A stretch of DNA of 48,278 bases from Octopus bimaculoides (GCF_001194135.2 NC_068993.1:35689888-35738165), one strand, 5' to 3'; positions 24,355 through 35,154 are shown, counted from the stretch's first letter. Numbers and translations: made by a program. Notes: generated from the sequence alone by a model not told the origin.

Positions 24355-26870
24355 TCAGTAAGACAGGTGTATGAACAACAAGCAGGTGTATAAGTTTGAC
24401 GCTCGGAAAAGTGAAAGAGTCTTTTACGTTTCGAGTCTGTGCTCTTCAACAGAAAGGAATAAGAGAAAATAAATAAAGGGAGAATAAAAAACAAACTTGT
24501 GGATTTAGTGATCAAGCATGGCGACTGGTTGGAAGAAAATAGTTTGACAGGAGAGAAAGAAAGAAGAGGAGATAAAGTATTGATGATCCCAAAACAAAGG
24601 TGCGTGTACGTGTGTGTGTATGTGAGAATGTGTAAGTGTATGTGTATGGATAGGGGCTAGTGACTTTGATGTGTGTGGATGTGTTGTGTGTGTGTAAGTA
24701 TGTACGTCTGTAATGTGTGGGTGTGTGAGTGATGGTGCTTCGATGTGCGAATGATGATGTGTGGGTGTGCAGATGATGGTGTGTGGTGAGGGTGCTGAGA
24801 AGTGCTAGTGTGTGTGGAGTGGTGTGGAGTGGTGTGGAGTGGTGTGGAGTGGTGTGGAGTGGTGTGGAGTGGTGTGGAGTGGTGTGGAGGTGTGTGATGT
24901 GGGCGTGGAGGTGGAAATGTGGGGTAGGGTGTTGGGGCACGTTGTAGGGGGAGGGAGTATCAATGAAGACAGTATGTGGGTAAGAGTGAAGTGAGGAGAA
25001 GTAGGTGTCAGACGAAGAGAGGAGGGTAGGAGTGAAGAGAAGAAGTAAGCTCAGATGAGGAGAGGAGGTGAAGGGAGTGGCATAAAGAGAGGGTATGAGT
25101 CAAATGAAGAAAGGAGTGAAGAGAGATTAATTCCTCTTCACGGCGAAGGCGAACACAGACAGGTGTTGTAATGAATGACCGGTAGAGCAGAGATGGCGTT
25201 AACCAGGGTGTCATTGCTGAGTCTCATGTCTCGGAGCGTCTCCGAGAACCGGTCAGCCAAGGGGTGTCCCATTTCACCGATGTACAGAGAAGGGGAGAAA
25301 GAGCAGGAGATGCAGTAATTGACAGTGGCTAGAAGTGCAGATAAAGGAGTTGGTGGTATGATAGGGACAATGATGGGTACCTGTGAGGATGATGGTGTTG
25401 GAGAGGTAGGGGGCAAGTGCGGCAGCTTGGGTGGGAGCAGGAGAACGAGCCAGGTTGGGAGGTGGTGTTAGGGAAGGAACTGTGGACCAGGAAGTCACGC
25501 ATGGTGTGGGCTCGTTTGAAGGATAAAAGAGGTAGTTAGGGGGAAATGTGCGAGGTGGAGGGTCGGACTTGAGTCGCTGAAAGTCTCGGAGAATGGTGTG
25601 ATGGAAGGACAGAGTGGAGGGGTGTTAGGTTAGGGGAAAAGGGAGACAGGCAACGGCGGGGGAAGTGCGGGGAGATAGAGCCGAGGCACGGTCCACGGAA
25701 AGTGCTCTGGCAAGAGCTGTGTGGATAGTGGTGAGGAAATATCCACGAAAGTTGAAGTAGTGAGCCATGAGTTGAGACTGAGTCTCGAAGTCATGATTGT
25801 CACTGCGGAGCCTGCTCAGACAGAGGATTTGGAAGTAAGGGACGGATAGCTTGGTGTGGGTAGGGAGGGAGGAGGAGAAGTTAAGTTATGTGTGTGAGTT
25901 GGTGTGTTTGTAGTGGATGGAGGTATTAAGAGCAGAGAGGTGTATGCTGATCAAAATGTCGAGAAATGCAACGTAAGTGTTGGAAATAGTGCAGATTTCG
26001 AGGGCAGGATGGAAGGATTGGACAACAGCGAGGAAGGAGTCTAGTTGTTCACGGGAGAGTGAGATCGCACCGATACAGTCATCAATATAACGACCTTTCC
26101 CTCCCAAAGGGGCGCGTACGTGTGTGTGTGTATGTGAGAATGTGTAAGTGTATGTGTATGGATAGGGGCTAGTGATGTTGATGTGTGTGGATGTGTTATG
26201 TGTGTGTAAGTGTGTGAATTTTGGGGAGTGGAACCAGTGAATCCTGAGAATATTTGGGCCTCCACGTAGCCAACGAAAAGGTTCGGAGCCTGTTCTCATT
26301 CTCATAGTCACTCCCGAGATATGTTTGTAAAAATCCCCCGCGAACAAAAAGTAGTAGAGGGAGAGAATAAGTTCGGCCAGACGAAGAAGTGTGGAGGTGT
26401 CAGGTTGGGGTTTGCGTCGAAGGTCTAGGAAGTGTATGAGTGCAAAGAAGTCCTTCCTCATGTTGGATCACCGTATATAGACTCATGATGTCAGGAGTGC
26501 AGAGAAGTTTAGAAGAGTCACGGCGGAAGGAGAAAGAGTTGGAGAGACGTAGATCGTAGTTAGTGTCGTGGATGGGGGACGGGAGGGAAGCACTTAGAGG
26601 GCAAGGATACGGTCAAGGTATTTTGTGATAAACTCCGTAGGGATGTTACAAGCGGAGACGATAGGGCGACCAGGGTTGTTTGGGCTTGTGAATTTGGGGC
26701 AGGAAGTAAATATAGGTGCGTGGAGTGCGGACAATGAGGCCGGAGGCGGTGGGAAGGAGACGGGAGGAGAAGATGAGGTCATGGATAGTGGAAGACACAG
26801 TCTGTTGGTAGTTAGACGTGGGGTTGGAGGGCAGAGGGAAATAGAAGGAGGTGTCATATATGTAGTTATG
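24355..26870 (-). mobile_element. Penelope-like retroelement: most of RT, GIY-YIG, 3' UTR and terminal module; decayed
   Basis: Minus frames read NPTSNYQQTV, IYFLPQIHKP/NNPGRPIVSACNIPTEFITKYLDRIL, LLRLAELILSL, GRYIDDCIG, VAFLDI, IHYKHTNSH and VNYCISCSFSPSLYIGE..LADRFSE (GIY-YIG). A pyrimidine-rich 3' UTR follows, then the CTGTTGAAGAG..CTCGAAACGT terminus. Confidence 0.93.
24811..24889. repeat. 10-bp tandem repeat (GGTGTGGAGT) x ~8 within the Penelope 3' UTR
   Basis: Directly visible. Confidence 0.95.
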
Positions 26871-26896
26871 TAAATAGTGATAGATTGATATACAAA

Positions 26897-26936
<40 letters not shown>

Positions 26937-26939
26937 TAC

Positions 26940-26971
<32 letters not shown>

Positions 26972-26976
26972 GTATA

Positions 26977-27678
26977 NNNNNNNNNNNNNNNNNNNNNNNN
27001 NNNNNNNNNNNNNNNNNNNNNNNNNNNNNNNNNNNNNNNNNNNNNNNNNNNNNNNNNNNNNNNNNNNNNNNNNNNNNNNNNNNNNNNNNNNNNNNNNNNN
27101 NNNNNNNNNNNNNNNNNNNNNNNNNNNNNNNNNNNNNNNNNNNNNNNNNNNNNNNNNNNNNNNNNNNNNNNNNNNNNNNNNNNNNNNNNNNNNNNNNNNN
27201 NNNNNNNNNNNNNNNNNNNNNNNNNNNNNNNNNNNNNNNNNNNNNNNNNNNNNNNNNNNNNNNNNNNNNNNNNNNNNNNNNNNNNNNNNNNNNNNNNNNN
27301 NNNNNNNNNNNNNNNNNNNNNNNNNNNNNNNNNNNNNNNNNNNNNNNNNNNNNNNNNNNNNNNNNNNNNNNNNNNNNNNNNNNNNNNNNNNNNNNNNNNN
27401 NNNNNNNNNNNNNNNNNNNNNNNNNNNNNNNNNNNNNNNNNNNNNNNNNNNNNNNNNNNNNNNNNNNNNNNNNNNNNNNNNNNNNNNNNNNNNNNNNNNN
27501 NNNNNNNNNNNNNNNNNNNNNNNNNNNNNNNNNNNNNNNNNNNNNNNNNNNNNNNNNNNNNNNNNNNNNNNNNNNNNNNNNNNNNNNNNNNNNNNNNNNN
27601 NNNNNNNNNNNNNNNNNNNNNNNNNNNNNNNNNNNNNNNNNNNNNNNNNNNNNNNNNNNNNNNNNNNNNNNNNNNNNN
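26977..27678. other. Assembly gap (N)
   Basis: Run of N. Confidence 1.
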
Positions 27679-27884
27679 TATATATATATATATATATCAT
27701 ATAAAGGAGAAATAAACTATATTAAATCTCTGGGCGAGATATAAACAGTAGCAATACGGAATCGTAACATATAATTGCCAACCAAGTATGGCGTCCTGTA
27801 CGGCACAGTGCTACTGGCGTTTGTAGCCCCAGGAGGATATCTCTTCCAGCTGACTAACAACACATACATGATATATTTTTCGTA

Positions 27885-28078
27885 TTTTACTTGTTTCAAG
27901 CATTTGGCTTCAGCTACGCTTGGGCTTTACTTTGAAGAATTATTAGTTGAATGAATCGATCCAGTACTATATTTTCTTATTCTACCGCCACTCTTTTGCT
28001 AGACTTCTAACATACAGGGACGTAAATACACTAACACTGGTTGTCAAGCAGTGGAGTAGCACATACACAGACACAAAG

Positions 28079-28112
<34 letters not shown>

Positions 28113-28258
28113 CATATTAAATCTCAGTTTTATTAAATTTCAGTTTTCGTCTCCAAAATCCACTTAGAAGGCTTTGGTAGGCACGAGACAACAATAAAAA
28201 ACACTGATCCTGGAACCATGTGGTGGAGAAGCAAACTTCTTACCACACAGCCGCGCCT
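27885..28258 (-). mobile_element. Degenerate near-full family C SINE with internal (CA)n
   Basis: Head ..GCGGCTGTGTGGTAAGAAGTTTGC..ACATGGTTCCAGG; tail blocks TTGACAACCAGTG..TTTACGTCCC and TGAAACAAGTAAAA, as in 47866-48189. Confidence 0.75.
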
Positions 28259-28454
28259 AGATTCACAATTCACATGGAACATTGATATATTTAAACTCTA
28301 GTAATATTCTCTAGCACCATTTCATGCTTTCTAGGGCTCTTGAATGTTTAGGCTCTTCCTGAACACTTTTCGTTATCAGCAATGGGTGGACCTAAACGGT
28401 CATTAGTTTGAAGTCAGGGTTTCTTCTTTTAAGCCTAAATTCCGTTTGTAGGTC

Positions 28455-28500
28455 ATATAATCATTCAATGAGTATATACACTTTTTGGGACACCTGTGTG

Positions 28501-28502
<2 letters not shown>
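28455..28502 (-). mobile_element. Possible isolated Tc1/mariner TIR remnant
   Basis: Reverse strand TACACAGGTGTCCCAAAAAAGTGTATATACTCATTGAATGATTATA resembles recalled TACAGGGTGTCCCAAAA-type TIRs. No partner TIR was found. Confidence 0.35.
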
Positions 28503-28569
<67 letters not shown>

Positions 28570-28711
28570 CTATCTCTCTCTCTCTCGCTCGCTCTTGCTC
28601 ACCCTATATATATATATATATATATGTGGTGTGTGTGTGTGTATATATATATATGTGTGTGTGCATGTGCATATATATATGTGTGCGTGCGTGTGAATGT
28701 ATATCTATCTA

Positions 28712-28785
<74 letters not shown>
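28503..28785. repeat. Compound (CT)n/(TATC)n/(TA)n/(GT)n microsatellite
   Basis: Directly visible. Confidence 0.95.
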
Positions 28786-28787
<2 letters not shown>

Positions 28788-29312
28788 CAGGAATACACCC
28801 ACATATTCCCACAGAGTATTTAAATCACTTCTGATAGGAAACAATTGAAGCGGAAATACTATTTGATTCATTCGTAATTTTTATATTCATTTTCATTTGT
28901 TATTCCTCTTTTGTTCTTTCATTTTTTTTAATTTCTATATATTCTAGATCCGCTTGCCTCTCGTTGATTGGTAGTAGTGAAGAAGCTACGTGGAAGTGAT
29001 AGATTCATAGCATAAATAACACTAGGAAAGTGCTGGTAACCGGTTCCATTATTTATAACACCGTCTAAGAACAATGGTTGGCCTGCAAACTTCCTCTTCT
29101 CTTGATATGCCAATCAATCAAATACAATGAGATAGGGTCTAGCCATTTTCCTCTGCTATTAGTTTCTCCATTTAGTACAGTGAAATCGAGTCTATCGTTA
29201 TTTTTGTCTTGCACGTAGATATATATATATATATATATATATATTGACTTATTTCGTATGTGTATTTCGTGTGCAAGATTCTTGATGTGGATACGTGTGT
29301 TGAAAGAAATAC

Positions 29313-29443
29313 AATTAAACTTTGGGAGAGGCATTATGCCGGTAATAAACACACGCACTGGTTCAGTCCTTTATTAAATTAATAAAGGACTGAACCAGTG
29401 CGTGTGTTTATTACCGGCATAATGCCTCTCCCAAGGTTTAATT
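29313..29443. repeat. 131-bp palindrome (65-bp arms, 1-nt spacer, one mismatch)
   Basis: 29322-29377 is the exact reverse complement of 29379-29434. Pairing extends to 29313/29443 with a single mismatch at 29321/29435. Confidence 0.97.
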
Positions 29444-29904
29444 ATATATATTGACGTTAGCTCTCTATTTTCCATGAGTAGAGTTCTTAATCACATTGAA
29501 CAAAACGACAAAACGGCCTGGACTGCAAAGCATTATCAGAGTAGTGTCTAGCCACACGGTTCAAGAAATTCTCCTTCTTCACGCATTTGGTGTTGCTGGA
29601 ATGTTGATCTTTTAGCAACATCATGTAACCAATCTTGACAAATTGCAGCCTTGTTTCCGGTAGCCAACATGAACTTCCTGTATGCCACCATTCGGTTATC
29701 CTCCAAGCCAGATGAGCTAGCTTTCTTTTAAATCGCATGGGACCGAATCAAACTATTTTAAACAATATACATACATACAGAGGAAGGGGAGAGAGGGGTA
29801 ATTAAGCGGATAAACAAATTAAACATAGCAGCTTGGGTTTGATATACAAAATACGTATATATATATGTGTGTGTGTGTATGTGTGTATATATATATGTAT
29901 ATAT

Positions 29905-30090
29905 ATATTTATAGGAAGAATTCACAAAAAAGGAAAAGACGAAGGCAGGTGGTGTAGACAACAATCAGATGTATTAGTTTAACGCTTGGGAAGTGAAAAA
30001 GTTTTTAACGTTTTGAGCCAACGCTCTTCCACAGAAAAGAACACAGAAAGAAACAAGGACAAAAAATAAAGAATGTGTAGTGGCTAGCGT
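29905..30090 (-). mobile_element. Penelope-type terminal module
   Basis: Reverse strand CTGTGGAAGAGCGTTGGCTCAAAACGTT..TTCACTTCCCAAGCGTTAAACTAATACATCTG..CACCTG aligns with the terminus at 24355-24460. Confidence 0.75.
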
Positions 30091-30096
30091 TATATA

Positions 30097-31130
30097 TATA
30101 TAAAGACTGAAGGATTTCAGTCGATGAATATTTGAGTATAAATATATAGATATTTATATTAGTAGATCAAACTCACACAGAGTACAAAACACAAAGAAAG
30201 ATAAATGGAAGGAAGTAAGGTATTATAAGTCCAACAGCTGTTTCTGGGGGCTCGGAGATCCATCACAATGTTGGTAGATGTAGTTCATCGCAATATGCAG
30301 GCCGTAATGGTAGCAACCAACACTGGAGTAATCGAGTCTCCGTCAACAGGGTAGAAAAGGTCTTACATTTAAAATCATGATGCAGAGAATTTTAAAGGTG
30401 GAATGATTAAATGTGGAGACCAAGTAGTATTGAAGGGATGAAGTAGGGGCCTGGATGGTGTTATGGGAAGAGATAAGTCAATGAAGGTTGGAAGGATATA
30501 AGTTCAGGAAGAGGTAGGAGGGTTAAGAATGAAGGTATTAGGGAGGTAACAGTAGAGGTGAAGAGTTCAGAAATGAATGGGATGGGTGAGTGGGGAGGTA
30601 GTAATTAAAGAGCGGTCAGTTGTTGTTGGATTTGTGAACAGGTAGGGAAGTTTAGGGGTAATAGCTATAGAACTATGGGAAGTTCAGATAGTGAGAAAAG
30701 GAATGGCATTTATTTGAGGGAGGGAAGTGTCTAATTTAGAGATGGTTATAGGGTGACTTAGGGAGTAATTTGAAAAGAGAAATGAGCTTGGTGCGGAGGA
30801 AGATTACTAAAGTATGTAGAAAAGTATAAGAGAATATAGGAAGTCGACAGAGTGGGGGGAAGGTTCAGGGGTCAATATAGCAGTCTACAATGAAAGTGGG
30901 TTGGTGGTAAAGGGGGAATACTGATGTATGCAGAGTTGTATGAATTGAATAGATGGGGTTGGTAGGTTAGTAGCTAAGGGAGTGAGGTAGTTGAAAGTGC
31001 TTCTGGATGAAGAGAAGATATGAGAGAATGGGGAAAAAATATCTTTTGCGGATTGGGAGGCTGTGAGGTAGATGAGATGTGGTGAGAGGAATATTCAATG
31101 ATAATTTATACTGAGATCTCATCTCTTGAC
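30097..31130 (-). mobile_element. Probable 3' UTR/terminus of another retroelement (Penelope-like, tentative)
   Basis: About 750 bp of purine-rich (+) / pyrimidine-rich (-) sequence resembling the UTR of the 24355-26870 element, followed by a structured terminal block. No clear protein motif. Confidence 0.4.
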
Positions 31131-31153
31131 TACATATATATATTTGCACACAC

Positions 31154-31253
<100 letters not shown>

Positions 31254-32192
31254 CACAAAGTGAGATAGAACGAAAGTGTTAGAGGAAGGACCAGGGACAC
31301 ATCATCGATGGAGCTTTTAAGTTACTACCAAATTATTATTAAATTATTATAATAGCTTATCTCACGCAAATATGATAAATTGAAGCAAACATGAAAGACC
31401 TACATTTTCAGTAATTACTCTCCTCACAATTTTTCTCCCTCTCTTTCACTCTCTTTCTCTCTCTTTCTCTCACTTTTTCTCACTTTCTCTGAATAGGTAA
31501 ATACTTCAATAATTACCTCCTCCTATTCAAGTTACAAAGAAATGCAGGTTGTTAATATTCATGTGTTTCCCATGGTAACTGAATTTAAAGCAACTCAATT
31601 TACACTATTTCATGATTTAAAGGGAGACATTCTATTAAAGTCTCACTGATAAAATATTTTCAAATAAGGGACATAGAGACCTTATAATGACAGGAGCACT
31701 GTGTTGAAAACTTTAGGAACCAATACATTTTATTTATTATCTATTTGGTTTTGTTTCATAAATCTGCATTGCTGAAAGAAAAAAGAAAAAGATTCAAACA
31801 TGTTCGTTGCTTAAAGTAGTGGATTTTAAGCCAATATTCCCTCACATCTTCCTCATCTTGAATTTCGGAAACGTTCGCTTAGCCGATATTGAAATTATCA
31901 CTGTTGCTTATATTTCGAATTTAAATTTAGAGTCATGTATGTATGTATGTATGTATGTATGAAACAGATAAAGGAATAATCTCATCAGAAGTTTATCAAT
32001 TCAATGTATAACTTCAGTTCATCGAAGTTTCTTTCAAGTTCCCATGTAATTTGTGGGAAAATTATATATGTAATTTGTATACAGAAGATAGCCCTCATGT
32101 AATTTCCTTCTATTCAATTATTTATATTCATAATTAGCATCATTACACATACTGATTTCTTCGCTGACGAGGTTCAATGATATCGAAATATA

Positions 32193-32415
32193 TCCATGCT
32201 TTCATCAGCTGGGCACAAGGCCTCAAATTTCGAGAGAAGGAGTAAGTAGATTACATCGACCCCAGTACACACACAACTGATATTCGCTTTATCGACCCAA
32301 AGGGATGAAGAGGAAAGTCCGCATCGGCGGAATTCGAACTCAGAACGTAAAGACAGACGAAATGCCACTGAGCATTTTGCCCGGCGTTCTAACGATTCTT
32401 TCAGCTCGCTGCCTT
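32193..32415 (-). mobile_element. Family A SINE, near full length
   Basis: GGCACAAGGCC..ACATCGACCCCAGT..GGCGGAATTCGAACTCAGAACG..CAGCTCGCTGCCTT. Confidence 0.85.
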
Positions 32416-32469
32416 ATAAACTACGTATAATAATTATTTATTTCAACTACGAAATATACGAACCTGTGA

Positions 32470-32660
32470 GAAAGCCGCTTCGTTGTGGTTTGAACAGCAC
32501 TAAATAATAGCCAAATCTGTTGCGTAGTATTTTAAAAGCACAAAGGAGACATAATAGTTAAGTGTATTCTAAGGTAAACTGTCCGAAAAGTCGGGTTGGT
32601 TAAAAGCTGGAAAGCCTTTGATGAAATTCCATTGTGTTCGTAGCTTTCTTGGGCCAAAAC
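32470..32660 (+). mobile_element. Very degenerate SINE 3' tail
   Basis: Patchy similarity to the reverse complement of 34670-34840 and to a recalled octopus SINE tail (GCTGGAAAGCCTTTGAT..AAACAACAA). Confidence 0.35.
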
Positions 32661-33815
32661 AACAAAAACAGTATATTACTTTTATTTATTTTGTCAAGCC
32701 TTGAGGAATTAAAATGCAACTATTATTTCGACTCGTTTCGAAACCCGATGGTTGGTTTCAATAAATATCAGAAATTATTCAGACCGTTGACCAATCGTTT
32801 CTAGCAACTACTGATCTAAAATTCAGTTAGTTGTTAACACTGAGTATAAATGGAGTTTCTAGCTTAGTTACTAAGTTCGAGTTAACTACTTCTCCCGACG
32901 GTTTGAGTTCAATCTTGTCTTTCATTGCTCCAGGGGGTCAAGAAACTACGTACTAAGTAGTTAATGGAATTGATTCAGTCGACAACGAACCGTTATCAGA
33001 TATTTTTTGGCTTGTGGCAATTTGAAAATCGTATTTGGCCTATACAGTCATATAAATATCGATTTCTCTTCAGTAGCCAGAAGAAGAATATGTGAAAGTA
33101 TGGAACAATTTTGAAAGTGACGTTAATATATTAATTGGTTCTTGATGTAATGTATTACAGGTGCCTGGAAGAGAGCGGTGGATTATCACAGTCAATGGTG
33201 GAACGGATAAAGTACCTTGTTCCTTTCAGTTATACCCTTTTATTAGCGAAGTTCAAATCACACTGCCTTTGTCTTTTCATTCTTCTAAGTGTTGATATCT
33301 CCGGCTAAGTTTCTTTCCAAATGAGAGGTTACGTGACTCCGTCATATATCGTAATGGAAAACCATTATCATTAATTTATTAATATTGGCCAAGGGCTACT
33401 TTTGTGGAGTGGGATTATATTAATTAATTCGACCCTGCAATTGATTGATGCCTTATTTTAACGATCCTGAAGGAATAAAATACAAAGTAGTTTTTAGCTG
33501 ATTTCGAACTTACAAGTCCATTATCATAATGTTTGAAAGTCAAAACACATCTAATCACGATTAGAAATTTGAACGTTACTTGACGAATTATGAGAAAATA
33601 AAATATCTCCTAGTCAATCAGCCTCTTTCTGTCACTTATCGCTCTGAAGACTGAATACTAATTATAGATTTTACATTTAAAAAAAAATTATTGAAGAGAA
33701 GGCATACGATTAAAATAACCACAAATCTACGATAGCAATTATCATATAGCTCTTCAGAACGATGAACAGTTGATTGACTACGACGCGATTTGAACCAGTA
33801 ATATATAAGAACATT

Positions 33816-34032
33816 AAGGCAGCGAACTAGCAGAACCTTTAGAGGCCGGGTGAAATGCTTAGCAGCATTTCCTCTGTCCTTACGTTCAGAGTTTAAATTC
33901 TGCCGAGGTCGATTCTTGCCTGTCATCTTTTCGGGGTCGATAACATAAGTACCAGTTGAGCATTAGGGTCGCTGTAGTCGACTAAACCCCTCCTCTGAAA
34001 TAATTGGTCTTATGGTAATATTTGAAATCAAT
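33816..34032 (+). mobile_element. Family A SINE, near full length
   Basis: AAGGCAGCGAACTAGCAGAA head, GAGTTTAAATTCTGCCGAGGTCGA and TTTCGGGGTCGATAACATAAGTACCAG. Confidence 0.85.
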
Positions 34033-34045
34033 AAATAGGAACGTA

Positions 34046-34218
34046 CGGTATGTCATGGCACATAAGGCACACTTCTTTTCCAAACATGCTCTCAAAATAT
34101 CATATCCCGGTCCTATGTGCGAAGATAGGTTCCCCATAATCTAACTTTTCCCTGGTGCACGTTTTCCTCAATATGCACTGCTGAAATTAGCGTGTATCTA
34201 ATATGCCGTCAAATACTA
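34046..34218. mobile_element. pogo/Tigger-like MITE, TA-flanked
   Basis: Degenerate ~27-bp TIRs (CGGTATGTCATGGCACATAAGGCACAC versus reverse TAGTATTTGACGGCATATTAGATACAC), TA on both sides, and internal CACTGCTGAAATTAG shared with 39390-39554. Confidence 0.65.
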
Positions 34219-34457
34219 TAGCTATTATAACAGAGGGAATTATAGTGGGGGTAGTAACTTGTTGGTCGAACGACGTAAGAAAACAGCACCCCCTCCCCTT
34301 CCCCCTCTCTCTTACTGCACTTCACGATCTTCAAAAGAGGAAGGACAACATTGAACAATAAAGCGTTAGATATACAAAATTTCGTGACGATCACGGTTGG
34401 AATTCTTGTTCAATCTGAGTCATCCTAGATTAAAATAATTTAGGGTATAGCCCTTTA

Positions 34458-34611
34458 CATTGACCGCAGTATTAAACTAGTACTTGTTTTATCGACGTCG
34501 AAAGGAAAAAGCCGACCTCCGCTGAATTTGAACTTAGGAGGTAAAGACGGACGAAATGTCGGTAAGCATTTTTGCCTGACGTGCTACCGATTCTTCCAGC
34601 CCGCTGCCTTA
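34458..34611 (-). mobile_element. Family A SINE
   Basis: TAGTACTTGTTTTATCGAC..GAATTTGAACT..CCAGCCCGCTGCCTT. Confidence 0.8.
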
Positions 34612-34669
34612 TTCTGAAATAAGGAAATAAAGCAATGTAACTAAAATCTGATTGCTGTTGTTCACACCA

Positions 34670-34840
34670 ACTCATCTCTACCGAAGCAGACCTATTTGAA
34701 AGGCGCTCTAATTATATCACTGCGTCTAACTCTCAGATTTTCCCTATCTAGGACTACATTTATCTGATACCGATCTCGGTTTTCAAACTCGTAGAATATT
34801 TTGAGGGAGATATTGCTGCTATGTCTATCACATTTAGTGA
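34670..34840 (-). mobile_element. Very degenerate SINE 3' tail
   Basis: GCAGACCTAT..AAAGGC, TATCTAGGACTACATT and TTTGAGGGAGAT..GCTGCTAT blocks match a recalled octopus SINE tail. Confidence 0.4.
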
Positions 34841-35109
34841 CGGCGTAGAGCCTTCACTCTTGATGAAGCTACATTATTGTTTGTAAGGTTCTAGGATTTT
34901 GAAGATGAGAGCAATACAATCAATTTAATCTCACCCGTGATTCATGAAAGGATGAGGGTAAAGTAGAATTCAGAATTTAATGGGATCTAACACTACTAAA
35001 TGATGAAAATCATATTTTCTTTACCGGTTCTGACATTAACTAACCTGCAGTATATACTAAAATTAACACAATCACAGATGTATATGCATAATTGTGATTG
35101 TACAAATTT

Positions 35110-35154
35110 GAATTTGTTTATGTATACGTGTGTATGTATGTGTGTGTGTGTGTG

